Source: Fibrobacter succinogenes subsp. succinogenes S85
GTDB taxonomy: Bacteria > Fibrobacterota > Fibrobacteria > Fibrobacterales > Fibrobacteraceae
Reading direction: 5' to 3'
Assembly (NCBI RefSeq): GCF_000146505.1
Contig: NC_017448.1
Coordinates: forward strand, 3,390,001 to 3,422,000
Length of the DNA stretch: 32,000 nucleotides
Below the pieces are notes generated by a model. The model was given only the letters and a program-made list of their open reading frames with translations, did not search any database and was not told where the DNA came from. The translations under genes were made by a program, and so were the position numbers. This document shows, piece by piece, positions 17,391 to 26,019 of this stretch (within the stretch, counting starts at the first letter, position 1; each line of letters opens with the position of its first letter).

Positions 17391-19130
17391 ATGCTAGATT
17401 TTACTACACTTCCGTATGTTGATGACCGTTTTAAGGCGGTTCGCAGGGAAACTGTTCAAGTTCGCGTTGGCGACGCTTTGATAGGGGGCAATGCCCCCAT
17501 TTTAGTTCAATCCATGACGACGACCAAGCCGAAGGACGTCGAAAAGACGGTGGCGGAAACGCTAGCCCTCGCTAAGGTCGGTTGCGGTTTGGTGCGTATT
17601 ACGGCGCCGACGTTTGCCGATGCTGCTGGACTTGAAGAAGTCATGAAGCGCGTGCGTGCTGCCGGTTGCACGGTTCCTGTTTCTGCCGATATCCACTTCC
17701 AGCCGAAGGCCGCTTTTGAAGCTCTCAAGTGGGTGGAAAAGGTCCGCATCAACCCGGGTAACTTTGTAGATACTGGTATTTTGACGCTTGACCAGCAGAC
17801 GGACAAGTCTTTTGAAGAAGGCAAGGAAAAGGTTGCCGAAGCCTTCACTCCGTTTGTGCAAGAAGCGAAGCGCCTTGGCCGTGCTATCCGCATTGGCGTG
17901 AACCACGGTTCCTTGAGCGCCCGTATGATTTATCGCTATGGTGACACTGTGGAAGGCATGGTGGAAAGCGCCATTGAATATTTGGCAGTTTGCGAAGCCG
18001 AACATTTTGACCAGGTGGTCTTGAGCCTCAAGTCGAGTAATCCGCGTGTGGCCATTTCGGCTTACCGCCTGCTTGCCGCTCGCTTGAAGCAGGAACACTT
18101 CAAGCCGTATCCGTTCCATGTGGGCGTGACAGAAGCGGGTGCCGGTTCCGACGGACGTTTGAAGTCTGCTGCTGGCATTGGTGCGCTTTTGCTCGACGGT
18201 CTTGCCGATACGATTCGCGTGTCGCTGACTGAAGATCCGGTGGCGGAAGTCCCGGTTGCTCAGGAACTCATCAAGGCTTGCGAACTCAAGGCGGATGCAC
18301 CGAAGTTTGCAGTGCCGGTTTTGGAAAAAGATCCGTACCACTACGAACGCAGGGAAACTGTTCCGGTGACGCTTGCTGGCGTAAAGATCGGCGGTTCTGA
18401 ACCGGTGCGCGTTGGCATGAAGGCTGATGCAGTGAGCCTTACGGGCGAACGCCGTAATGCAGAATTTGCTTTGGCCGGTCTCAATGCAAAGCCGGTTGTG
18501 GAATTCAAGGATACGATGGATATCGCGGGCTTTGCCGCAAATCCGAACTCCGTGCCGGAAGGTTCGCTCTTCTGCTATACGGGCCCTGAAATGGTGATGG
18601 GCGTGCGCGCTCTTGCTTCGGCTTTGTATGCCGCAAACCGCAAAGATCCGATTCTCCTTTATGCAAAGATTACAGATAGCGAAAAAGATACGCTCCGTGT
18701 ATCTGCAGACATCGGAAGTCTCGTGACGGATGGCCTTGGCGATGCTGTCGTGATTGACGGCTACAAGAGCCCGAAGGATTCTGTGATTCTCGCATTCGAT
18801 ATTTTGCAGGCCGCTTATTGCCGCCGTAGCAAGACAAACTTTATCAGCTGCCCGAGCTGTGGTCGTACGCTTTACGACATCCAGCAGGTGATGGGCAAGA
18901 TCAAGGCCCGCTTTGGACATTTGCAGGACATTTCGATTGGCATTATGGGATGCATCGTGAATGGTCCTGGTGAAATGGCTGATGCTGACTTCGGCTATGT
19001 GGGCGGTGGCCCGGGCCGTATTACGCTTTTCGAAGGCAAGACTGCCGTGAAGAAGAACATCCCCGAAGAAGACGCTATCGAGGAATTGGTGAACCTCATC
19101 AAGGAAAGAGGCCGCTGGCAGGAACCTTGA
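17391..19130 (+). CDS. ispG: 4-hydroxy-3-methylbut-2-enyl diphosphate synthase, long form
   Basis: The GcpE TIM-barrel part (ILVQSMTTT, RINPGN, GVNHGSL) is followed by a large inserted domain. The C-terminal Fe-S domain carries SCPSCGRT and GCIVNGPGE. Confidence 0.93.
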   Translation: MLDFTTLPYVDDRFKAVRRETVQVRVGDALIGGNAPILVQSMTTTKPKDVEKTVAETLALAKVGCGLVRITAPTFADAAGLEEVMKRVRAAGCTVPVSADIHFQPKAAFEALKWVEKVRINPGNFVDTGILTLDQQTDKSFEEGKEKVAEAFTPFVQEAKRLGRAIRIGVNHGSLSARMIYRYGDTVEGMVESAIEYLAVCEAEHFDQVVLSLKSSNPRVAISAYRLLAARLKQEHFKPYPFHVGVTEAGAGSDGRLKSAAGIGALLLDGLADTIRVSLTEDPVAEVPVAQELIKACELKADAPKFAVPVLEKDPYHYERRETVPVTLAGVKIGGSEPVRVGMKADAVSLTGERRNAEFALAGLNAKPVVEFKDTMDIAGFAANPNSVPEGSLFCYTGPEMVMGVRALASALYAANRKDPILLYAKITDSEKDTLRVSADIGSLVTDGLGDAVVIDGYKSPKDSVILAFDILQAAYCRRSKTNFISCPSCGRTLYDIQQVMGKIKARFGHLQDISIGIMGCIVNGPGEMADADFGYVGGGPGRITLFEGKTAVKKNIPEEDAIEELVNLIKERGRWQEP

Positions 19131-19132
19131 TA

Positions 19133-19232
19133 AGACGAAAGAACGCCGCTATGCGGCTACAGACGAAAGGCGAGAGAATTTCATTTGAACAATCTTTCGT
19201 CTCTCGTCTACCAGCGAAGCGGTCTCTCGTCT
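19133..19232. repeat. structured intergenic element, copy B (cloverleaf-like)
   Basis: Outer stem 19133-19142/19223-19232, hairpin GCCGC-TAT-GCGGC (19145-19157), 17-position inner stem 19161-19177/19193-19209, hairpin CC(A)GC-GAA-GCGG (19211-19222). A T5 run follows at 19237-19241. Confidence 0.7.
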
Positions 19233-19263
19233 AAGATTTTTAACTTAAACAAAGGAATGAAAA

Positions 19264-20430
19264 ATGGCAACTATTAAGACAATGAACAACATTTCCAAGA
19301 AAGGCTTGGGCTTGTTTGGCCCGTTCTATCAGGTTTCCGATTCTATCGAAAACCCGGATGCTATCTTGGTGCGTTCTGCTCAGGTTGATACCGATAACTT
19401 TGATGGCCTTTTGGCTGTCGCTCGCGCTGGTGCAGGCGTGAACAACATCACGATTGACAAGGCTTCTGCAAAGGGCATTTGCGTGTTCAACACTCCGGGT
19501 GCAAACGCAAACGCTGTTGCTGAACTCGTGATGACCGTGCTCGGCATGGCTGTCCGTAACGCAGACAAGGCTGCTGCTTGGGTCAAGGGTCTCGATGTGA
19601 ACGATCCGGATCTCGCAAAGACTGTTGAAAGCGGCAAGAAGAAGTTTGCTGGTATGGAACTTGCCGGCAAGACTCTTGGTGTTGTTGGCCTCGGCAAGAT
19701 CGGTGTGCTCGTTGCTAACTATGCCCGTTGGAAGAACATGCGCGTGATTGCTTACGAACCGTATCCGAATGCAAACAACATGCATGAACTTTCTAACAAG
19801 GTCGAAATTGCTGATCTCGACACCGTGATTGCAAATTCTGACTTCCTCACGGTTCATGTTCCGTTCATCAAGGGCGTTACCGAAAACCTCCTCAATCGCA
19901 AGAACCTCGCTCAGTTCAAGGGTTCCTACATCATGAACTTTGCTCGTGGCGGCATTGTTGAAATGGATCCGGTGAACGAAATGCTCGCTTCTGGTTCCCT
20001 CCAGGGCTACCTCTGCGACTTCCCGACTGCAGAACTCATCAAGAACGACAAGGTCACTTGCTTCCCGCACCTCGGTGCTTCTACTGAAGAAGCTGAAGAA
20101 AACTGCGCAGTGATGGCTGTTGAAGAATTGAAGGACTACATCGAATACGGTTGCGTCCGCAATTCCGTGAACTTCCCGGCTCTCGTTGATCATCCGCATG
20201 CTGGCATCAAGAGCCGCGTTGTCGTGATCAACCAGGACGTTCCGAACATGATTTCTGAAATCACGAAGGTGTTCGGTGCAGAAGGCATCAACATTGCTTC
20301 TTTCAGCAACAAGAGCAATGGCAAGATCGGTTACAACCTCGTTGACGTTGAAAGCAAGGTCGATGATTCCATCGTCGAAAAGCTCTCCAAGCTCGACAAG
20401 GTCATCAAGGTCCGCGTGATCCATTTCTAG
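19264..20430 (+). CDS. serA: D-3-phosphoglycerate dehydrogenase with C-terminal ACT domain
   Basis: 388 aa 2-hydroxyacid dehydrogenase. Rossmann motif GLGKIG, catalytic region FPHLGASTEEA, and an ACT-like tail (RVVVINQDVPNMISEITKVFGAEGINIASF). AAGGA lies upstream of the ATG. Confidence 0.88.
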   Translation: MATIKTMNNISKKGLGLFGPFYQVSDSIENPDAILVRSAQVDTDNFDGLLAVARAGAGVNNITIDKASAKGICVFNTPGANANAVAELVMTVLGMAVRNADKAAAWVKGLDVNDPDLAKTVESGKKKFAGMELAGKTLGVVGLGKIGVLVANYARWKNMRVIAYEPYPNANNMHELSNKVEIADLDTVIANSDFLTVHVPFIKGVTENLLNRKNLAQFKGSYIMNFARGGIVEMDPVNEMLASGSLQGYLCDFPTAELIKNDKVTCFPHLGASTEEAEENCAVMAVEELKDYIEYGCVRNSVNFPALVDHPHAGIKSRVVVINQDVPNMISEITKVFGAEGINIASFSNKSNGKIGYNLVDVESKVDDSIVEKLSKLDKVIKVRVIHF

Positions 20431-20549
20431 ACGAAAGAACGGACCTGCAGTCCTACAGACTTGAGACGAAAGAATAATAGTGGTGCTCCGCACGGACTCA
20501 AAGAAAAAATCTTTCGTCTTTCGTCTACCAGCGAAGCGGTCTCTCGTCT
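20429..20549. repeat. structured intergenic element, copy C (cloverleaf-like)
   Basis: Same 5' module and same 44-nt 3' module as copy B. Hairpin 1 is replaced by GGAC-CTGCA-GTCC (20441-20453). Inner stem 20457-20473/20510-20526 with a 36-nt loop. The element overlaps the stop codons of both convergent genes. Confidence 0.7.
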
Positions 20550-22353
20550 AATTGTACATCGCTTCAATTTGTTTGGCGTATCGTTTTTCTGCAACGGTGC
20601 GCCGAATTTTTAATGTGGGCGTCAAGAGCCCTGATTCAATCGTGAGCTCGTCACCGACTAGAGTCCATTTGCGAATTTGTTCCCAATGGTTCAGCTTTTT
20701 GTTGATATGCTCAATATGACGATTGATGGAATTCAAAATAAGCGGTGACTTTAGTGCGTTTTCGACATCGTAATCTTCGTTTTGCGGCTTGAGCATGCGG
20801 CGGGCGCCTACGGGGTTTAGCCAGATAATAGCCGATGCAAACTTGCGGTCGTTGGCAATGACGAGCGCCTGTTCAACAAGCGGATGACGCGTGATTTCGA
20901 GTTCAATGGGATTCGGGCTTACGTATTTACCAGTGCTTGTCTTTAACAGCTCCTTGATGCGCCCTGTGAAATACAGGAATCCATCTTTATCAAAATAGCC
21001 CTGGTCGCCGGAATGGTAAAAACCGTCTGGTGTGAAATTTTTAGCATTTAAGTCGGGGCGGTTATGGTAGCCCTTAAAGACGCTCTCGCCACGAATCTGG
21101 ATTTCGTTGCATTCGCCGATGCGTACATCGAGATGGGCGAGAGGCTTGCCGATGGAGCCTGGTCTAATAGCTTGTTTGCAATTTGCAGAAACGACCGGTG
21201 AACATTCTGTCATGCCGTAGCCTTCAAAAACGGGGAGGCCGATGTTCAGAAGGAATCGCAAAATGGATTTGTTCAAGGCGCTACTGCCCGAGATAATCAT
21301 GCGGAAATTACCACCGACGGCTTCACGCATTTGTTTGTAAACGAGACGGTTGAATACCCAATGGAGCGGCTCAAAGCGCCTATTCGGGTCTTTAATCTTT
21401 GCAATTTTTATCGCCTGCTTGATCAGGAATCGCTTGATGCCCTTGGCGCGATCCGAGGCGGTTGTCATGCTTTCGTAAAGGCGCTCTAGAATGCGCGGGA
21501 CGACTATCATGATGGTGGGGCGGACTTCGCGCAGAATGTGCGAGAGGTTCTTTGGATTGTCTCCAAAGTAAATCGTGACGCCACTGAATGTGTAGAAATA
21601 GACCGCCATTCGTTCAAGAACGTGCGCTACCGGCAAAATCGTGAGGCACGTGTCCTTTTTGTTGTCAAATCGGAACATCGGCTTGATGTTCTGAATTTGT
21701 ACCAACATATTCCGGTGCGTGAGTTCAACGCCCTTGGGGCAACCCGTAGATCCGCTTGTGTAGATGATGCTGAAAATATCATCGGGGTTTATGGTTGAAA
21801 GTTGGTTGTCAATCCATTTTGCACGAACTTGGTCGGCGAGGGCTGCGTAGCCTCTTATGAGGAGTTCGTCCCAGTAAATTCCGTTGTCGGGGAGGAACGA
21901 GTCGTTGTCGATGCAGATGATTTTGGTGAAATTCTCTAAGATGCCGAAAAGCGGTTCATCAAGTTCTTCGAAAGAATTGATGATGAGTATCTTGATGTTG
22001 CTGTCAATGCTCTGGTACGCAAAGTTTTCGGATGAAATGTTCGGGAAAAGCGGAACGACGCGAGCGTGGTTTAGTTGAACGGCGATGTCTGCGATAATCC
22101 AGTTCGGAGAACTCGGCGCAATGATGCCGACGCTTTCTTTTTCTTTTAGTCCGAGCGAATTCAATGCGAGCGCAAGAGCCTTTGTGTTGCGTTTGAGCGT
22201 TTCTTTGGAATAGTGGACCCATTCACCGTCTTTACGGTGATACCATCCTTTAAAATCGGTCCTGTCGCAGTTCGCAAAGAACATGGACGGCAGAGATGTG
22301 AATTCCAACGACTCCATGCTTTTAAAATAACATTCTATTTTGCAATAGCTCAT
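20548..22353 (-). CDS. long-chain acyl-CoA ligase (AMP-binding family)
   Basis: AMP-binding signatures YTSGSTGCPKGVELTHRN, EGYGMTE and SGDQGYFDKDGFLYFTGRIKELLK. The start is either ATG 22353 or the in-frame ATG 22317 (MESLEF...). Confidence 0.85.
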   Translation of the reverse strand: MSYCKIECYFKSMESLEFTSLPSMFFANCDRTDFKGWYHRKDGEWVHYSKETLKRNTKALALALNSLGLKEKESVGIIAPSSPNWIIADIAVQLNHARVVPLFPNISSENFAYQSIDSNIKILIINSFEELDEPLFGILENFTKIICIDNDSFLPDNGIYWDELLIRGYAALADQVRAKWIDNQLSTINPDDIFSIIYTSGSTGCPKGVELTHRNMLVQIQNIKPMFRFDNKKDTCLTILPVAHVLERMAVYFYTFSGVTIYFGDNPKNLSHILREVRPTIMIVVPRILERLYESMTTASDRAKGIKRFLIKQAIKIAKIKDPNRRFEPLHWVFNRLVYKQMREAVGGNFRMIISGSSALNKSILRFLLNIGLPVFEGYGMTECSPVVSANCKQAIRPGSIGKPLAHLDVRIGECNEIQIRGESVFKGYHNRPDLNAKNFTPDGFYHSGDQGYFDKDGFLYFTGRIKELLKTSTGKYVSPNPIELEITRHPLVEQALVIANDRKFASAIIWLNPVGARRMLKPQNEDYDVENALKSPLILNSINRHIEHINKKLNHWEQIRKWTLVGDELTIESGLLTPTLKIRRTVAEKRYAKQIEAMYN

Positions 22354-22384
22354 TTTTTTTGAAAAATTTCAGTATATTAAGTAT

Positions 22385-22711
22385 ATGCTGAAAAAGTTGA
22401 GCGACTACGAAAATGAACTTTTGAAAATGGTTGAGGCGGGGGCGCCTTTGACGGCGGAACAGCTTTTGTCGGTGCGGACGCATATTGGCTTTTTTCAGCA
22501 TGAGCGCCTGGTGCACGAACTCGTGATGATTTTGTTTGCGCTTTTGACCGTTGGTGGAATTTTGTTTTTGGTGGTTGTGCCGGAAATATCGGTGCTTGCG
22601 TTGGACGTACTTTTCTTTGCGCTCTTGGTGCCGTACGTGAAGCATTATTACGGGCTTGAGAATGGGGTGCAAAGGCTGTATGATGTGTACGATAAATTGG
22701 AAAAATTGTAG
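22385..22711 (+). CDS. small hypothetical membrane protein (two predicted TM helices)
   Basis: 108 aa. Hydrophobic spans LVMILFALLTVGGILFLVVV and VLALDVLFFALLV. A TATATT box at 22373-22378 lies 6 nt before the ATG. I recognise no family. Confidence 0.5.
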   Translation: MLKKLSDYENELLKMVEAGAPLTAEQLLSVRTHIGFFQHERLVHELVMILFALLTVGGILFLVVVPEISVLALDVLFFALLVPYVKHYYGLENGVQRLYDVYDKLEKL

Positions 22712-22759
22712 GAATGGCGACCCCGGCACGATGGCCGGGGTGACAGTTCGGAGGCAATG

Positions 22760-22789
22760 AAAAAAGCAAGTCCGAGGGACTTGCTTTTT
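22760..22789. terminator. bidirectional rho-independent terminator between convergent genes
   Basis: A6-GCAAGTCC-GAG-GGACTTGC-T5. The A and T runs on either side let it serve both the small + strand gene and serS. Confidence 0.8.
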
Positions 22790-22807
22790 GAAATTTAAAG
22801 GGGTTCC

Positions 22808-24094
22808 TTACTTCTTCGGGGTGATGAATTCGAGTCCACCCATGTACGGACGCAACACTTCAGGAATCTTGAGCGAGCCGTCTTTCTGCTGGTAGTTGTC
22901 GCAGATGCCGACCATCACGCGCGGAGTGGCAAGGCCAGAACCGTTAAGCGTGTGGAGGTAGACGTTCTTGCCGCCTACCTTCGTCTTGATGTTGGCGCGG
23001 CGTGCCTGGTAGTCTTCGAAGTTCGAGCAGGAGCTGACTTCGAGCCACTTCTTTTCGACCGGAGCGTAGACTTCGAGGTCGTAGCACTTGGCTGCACCGA
23101 AACCGAGGTCGCCCTTGCAGAGTGCGAGGCGGTGGTACGGGAGGCCGAGCTTTTCGAGGAGCTTTTCACCGAAGCGGGTGAGTTCTTCGTGGTCTTCGTA
23201 GCTGTGTTCCGGATGAGCAAAGTAGACCATTTCAACCTTGTTGAACTGGTGCAAGCGGAGGAGACCGCGGGTGTCCTTGCCATAGCTACCAGCTTCGCGG
23301 CGGAAGCATGCAGAGTAGGCGCAGATGCGCTTCGGGAGTTCAGATTCCGGAATCACTTCGCCAGAGTAGAGGTTGGTGAGCGGGACTTCTGCAGTCGGAA
23401 TGAGGAACAGGTCGTCATCCTTGTCGCAGCGGTACATGTCTTCTTCGAACTTCGGGAGCTGACCCGTGCCGCGCATGGTGTTGCGGGTAACGAGGTACGG
23501 CGGAGTGAATTCTTCGAAGCCAGCCTTCTGGTGTTCGTCGAGGAAGAACTGGATGAGGGCGCGTTCGAGGCGAGAGCCGAGACCGCGGTAAACCGGGAAT
23601 CCGGAACCAGAAATCTTGGCGCCACGTTCAAAGTCAAAAATGCCAAGGCGTTCGCCGAGAGTCTTGTGGTCAACGCGGGCGAAGTCATCGTTCTTGGTGT
23701 AGTAGTCAAACGGGATCGGACCGTCTTTTTCGACAACGTTATCGCTGGAGTCCTTGCCTTCCGGAGAACGCGGAGCGATGTTCGGAACGTGCATGAGCAT
23801 TTCGGTCTGCTTGTAGTCAAGTTCCTTGAGCTTCTTGTCGAGTTCATCAATCTTGTTGCCGAGTTCGCGTGTTGCGGCCTGGGCTTCGTCAGCGTTTTCG
23901 CCCTTCTTCTTGAGTTCGCCAATGCGCTTGGACTGGGCGTTACGTTCGCTCTTGAGGCGTTCGACTTCGGTGAGGAGCGGGCGGCGTTCGTTATCAACGG
24001 CGAGCACGTCACGAAGGCTTACGGTCGTATATTTCTTTTCGGTTTCAGCAATATAATATTCCGGATTTTCGCGGATCTTTTTAATATCAAGCAT
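22808..24094 (-). CDS. serS: seryl-tRNA synthetase
   Basis: 428 aa. N-terminal coiled-coil arm, then class II core motifs (FRREAGSYGKDTRGLLRLHQFNKVE, TLNGSGLATPR). Confidence 0.96.
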   Translation of the reverse strand: MLDIKKIRENPEYYIAETEKKYTTVSLRDVLAVDNERRPLLTEVERLKSERNAQSKRIGELKKKGENADEAQAATRELGNKIDELDKKLKELDYKQTEMLMHVPNIAPRSPEGKDSSDNVVEKDGPIPFDYYTKNDDFARVDHKTLGERLGIFDFERGAKISGSGFPVYRGLGSRLERALIQFFLDEHQKAGFEEFTPPYLVTRNTMRGTGQLPKFEEDMYRCDKDDDLFLIPTAEVPLTNLYSGEVIPESELPKRICAYSACFRREAGSYGKDTRGLLRLHQFNKVEMVYFAHPEHSYEDHEELTRFGEKLLEKLGLPYHRLALCKGDLGFGAAKCYDLEVYAPVEKKWLEVSSCSNFEDYQARRANIKTKVGGKNVYLHTLNGSGLATPRVMVGICDNYQQKDGSLKIPEVLRPYMGGLEFITPKK

Positions 24095-24138
24095 TTTATG
24101 CCTCTGTTGAAAATTTTTACGGGGAAGAATATAGAAAA

Positions 24139-24173
24139 GTAGGAAGTAGGAAGTAGGAAGTAGGAAGTGAAAA
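24139..24173. repeat. perfect heptamer tandem repeat (GTAGGAA)x4 plus GTGAAAA
   Basis: Read directly from the sequence. On the serS strand it reads (TTCCTAC)x4 and ends 5 nt before a TATATT box (24133..24128). Confidence 0.9.
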
Positions 24174-24248
24174 TTTAACGAAAACCAATGATTAATAACT
24201 TGCGACTAACAACTAATAGCATAGTTTTACAGGATCCTTCACTAAGCG

Positions 24249-24290
24249 CTAAATTCTGCCAACTGCCTACTGCTAACTAAATTCTATTAA
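24249..24290. repeat. phased degenerate heptamers CTNNNWW (CTAAATT CTGCCAA CTGCCTA CTGCTAA CTAAATT CTATTAA)
   Basis: The 7-nt phase is kept over six units. CTAAATTCT recurs 28 nt apart. The CCTAC core complements GTAGG of the array at 24139-24173. Confidence 0.5.
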
Positions 24291-24423
24291 TTCTTCTGTT
24301 GTTTGCGTTTACATCGGTAATTGAGTGGGACGTGTTGTCCCGAAATTTTTTGAATATACATTATAACTTGGGAAAGGAAGAGAACAATGGGTAAACAAGG
24401 AAGGAATCTAGAGGAGTACAAAC

Positions 24424-25890
24424 ATGAAATTTCCTTTACTGCTTTTAGTAGCCGCATCGTTCTCTTTTGCCCAGTGGGGCGGCGGTGGCGGAAAATCGCT
24501 AAACGACTATAAAAAAGAATCGGTGTCGGGTAGAGATATCCACGTGTATGCGCCGAGCAATCTAGCGCCCAAGAGCCCTTTGCTCATTTCGTGCCATGGC
24601 ATGGACCAAGACCCCAATTACCAGCAGTCCAATACGCATTGGGAAGCGGTTGCCGATACGGCGGGATTTGTCGTCGTGTATCCTAGAGGTGGGACAGGGA
24701 TGAGTACCTGGGATATCAGCGGTGACAAGGATACAAAATGGGTGGTGCAAATTATTGAACAGATGGTCAAGGAATATGACATTGACCAAAAGCGTGTTTA
24801 CCTTTCGGGATTCTCAATGGGGGGCATGTTCACTTACCATGCTATGAGCAAGATTGCAGATAAAATAGCGGCGTTTGCGCCAACATCTGGTACAAATGTG
24901 ATGGGTGCGTCAAAGGCGATGCGTCCTGTGCCTATCATTCACCCGCATGGAACAAGTGACGATGTCTTGAATTACAGCCAGGTTGAAGGCTTTATCAAGA
25001 ATTACCGTGATCAGTTCCATTGCCCGTCTCAGGCCGAAGTTCAAAATAATTATCCCAATAGTGAAAACAGGGCGACGATGTATACTTGGGGCCCTTGCGA
25101 TGAAGGCGTTTATATTAAACACCTTAAGCTTGAAGGCCGTGGCCATAGCCCTTCCAAGGCCGATGTTTCTGACATCTGGAATTTCGTGAAACAGTATTCT
25201 TTGGATGGTGCCTCGATTACGCCGTCGATTGAAGTTCCGACGAACAGGGATTCCGTGTTTAACGGCTCTTTCTCGGATTCGCTTAAGCTTGCAGGCTGGA
25301 CTTTGCAGCAACATAGCGGCGAAGGATCCTTGAAGTTGACTGAAGGCAAGGCCGAAATCAACGTGACCAAGACGGGTACGAATGCTTATGATGTACAAAT
25401 GATTCAGAATGGCGTCCACTACGAAAAAGGTCAAAGCTACAAGGTGACTTTTGATGCCTATGCATCTGTGGCGAGAACGCTTGAAGTGAATATCGAAAAG
25501 GATACGGACCCATGGACGAGTTACCTGGGCGAGGCAAAAACTTTTGACTTAGGGACTGAGAAAAAGAACTTTGAAATTCTGTTCACCATGAATGAAGCTA
25601 CGGATGAAAATGGACGCGTTTCTTTCAATGCGGGCCTTGCTACGGGTAGCGTGTTCATTGACAATGTGGTGTTGAGCAAAGTTGAAGGTACGCTTGGTCT
25701 TGCGAAGAATGTGCGCGTGCTTGCTGGCGAAAGAACGCTTAGCGTGTACGATATGAATGGCTCTTTTGTATGTAATCTTAAGGGCGTGCGCGTGAATGAC
25801 GTCCAGTCGAAATTGAATTCAATGAAGCTGGAAAAAGGCTTGTATGTTGTGAAAAACGGCTCCTTCAGCAGAATTTATTCTGTGAAGTAG
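24424..25890 (+). CDS. secreted esterase (PHB-depolymerase/CE1-like) with carbohydrate-binding module and T9SS-like C-terminal domain
   Basis: Signal peptide MKFPLLLLVAASFSFA. Alpha/beta-hydrolase with nucleophile elbow GFSMGG. A jelly-roll CBM-like segment follows (NGSFSDS...GWTLQ...YDVQMIQNGV...VFIDNVVLS). The tail TLSVYDMNGSFV...LEKGLYVVKNGSFSRIYSVK resembles T9SS sorting domains. GAGGAG lies 7 nt before the ATG. Confidence 0.82.
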   Translation: MKFPLLLLVAASFSFAQWGGGGGKSLNDYKKESVSGRDIHVYAPSNLAPKSPLLISCHGMDQDPNYQQSNTHWEAVADTAGFVVVYPRGGTGMSTWDISGDKDTKWVVQIIEQMVKEYDIDQKRVYLSGFSMGGMFTYHAMSKIADKIAAFAPTSGTNVMGASKAMRPVPIIHPHGTSDDVLNYSQVEGFIKNYRDQFHCPSQAEVQNNYPNSENRATMYTWGPCDEGVYIKHLKLEGRGHSPSKADVSDIWNFVKQYSLDGASITPSIEVPTNRDSVFNGSFSDSLKLAGWTLQQHSGEGSLKLTEGKAEINVTKTGTNAYDVQMIQNGVHYEKGQSYKVTFDAYASVARTLEVNIEKDTDPWTSYLGEAKTFDLGTEKKNFEILFTMNEATDENGRVSFNAGLATGSVFIDNVVLSKVEGTLGLAKNVRVLAGERTLSVYDMNGSFVCNLKGVRVNDVQSKLNSMKLEKGLYVVKNGSFSRIYSVK

Positions 25891-26019
25891 TTACGCTCTG
25901 TAATAAGAACGCTTTTTGCAAAGTCCATGGCAATTTGTTTGTCGTGGGCTTTTTGCTATTGTGTATGTTTTGGGAGTGCGTTAAAAATGTGCGCTGCCCG
26001 TTTATACCTGTTCTGCTTT

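Noticed and set aside
17362-17392. A 7-bp hairpin ATGGCTC...GAGCCAT would sequester the ispG start codon.
   Set aside because: The stem is short and the 17-nt loop is AT-rich. There is no second copy or covariation to support it, so it is easily a chance match.
22719-22742. A GC-rich hairpin CCCCGGC-ACGATG-GCCGGGG lies just after the small membrane-protein gene.
   Set aside because: It has no T-tract, and a much better bidirectional terminator lies 20 nt further on. It may add stability, but it is not distinctive enough to call as a feature.
24387-24512. A 41-codon upstream ORF (MGKQGRNLEEYKHE...) with an AAGGAAG SD-like sequence overlaps the esterase start out of frame.
   Set aside because: It has no recognisable features. 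The esterase has its own GAGGAG SD and a textbook signal peptide at ATG 24424. I cannot support this as a gene from sequence alone.
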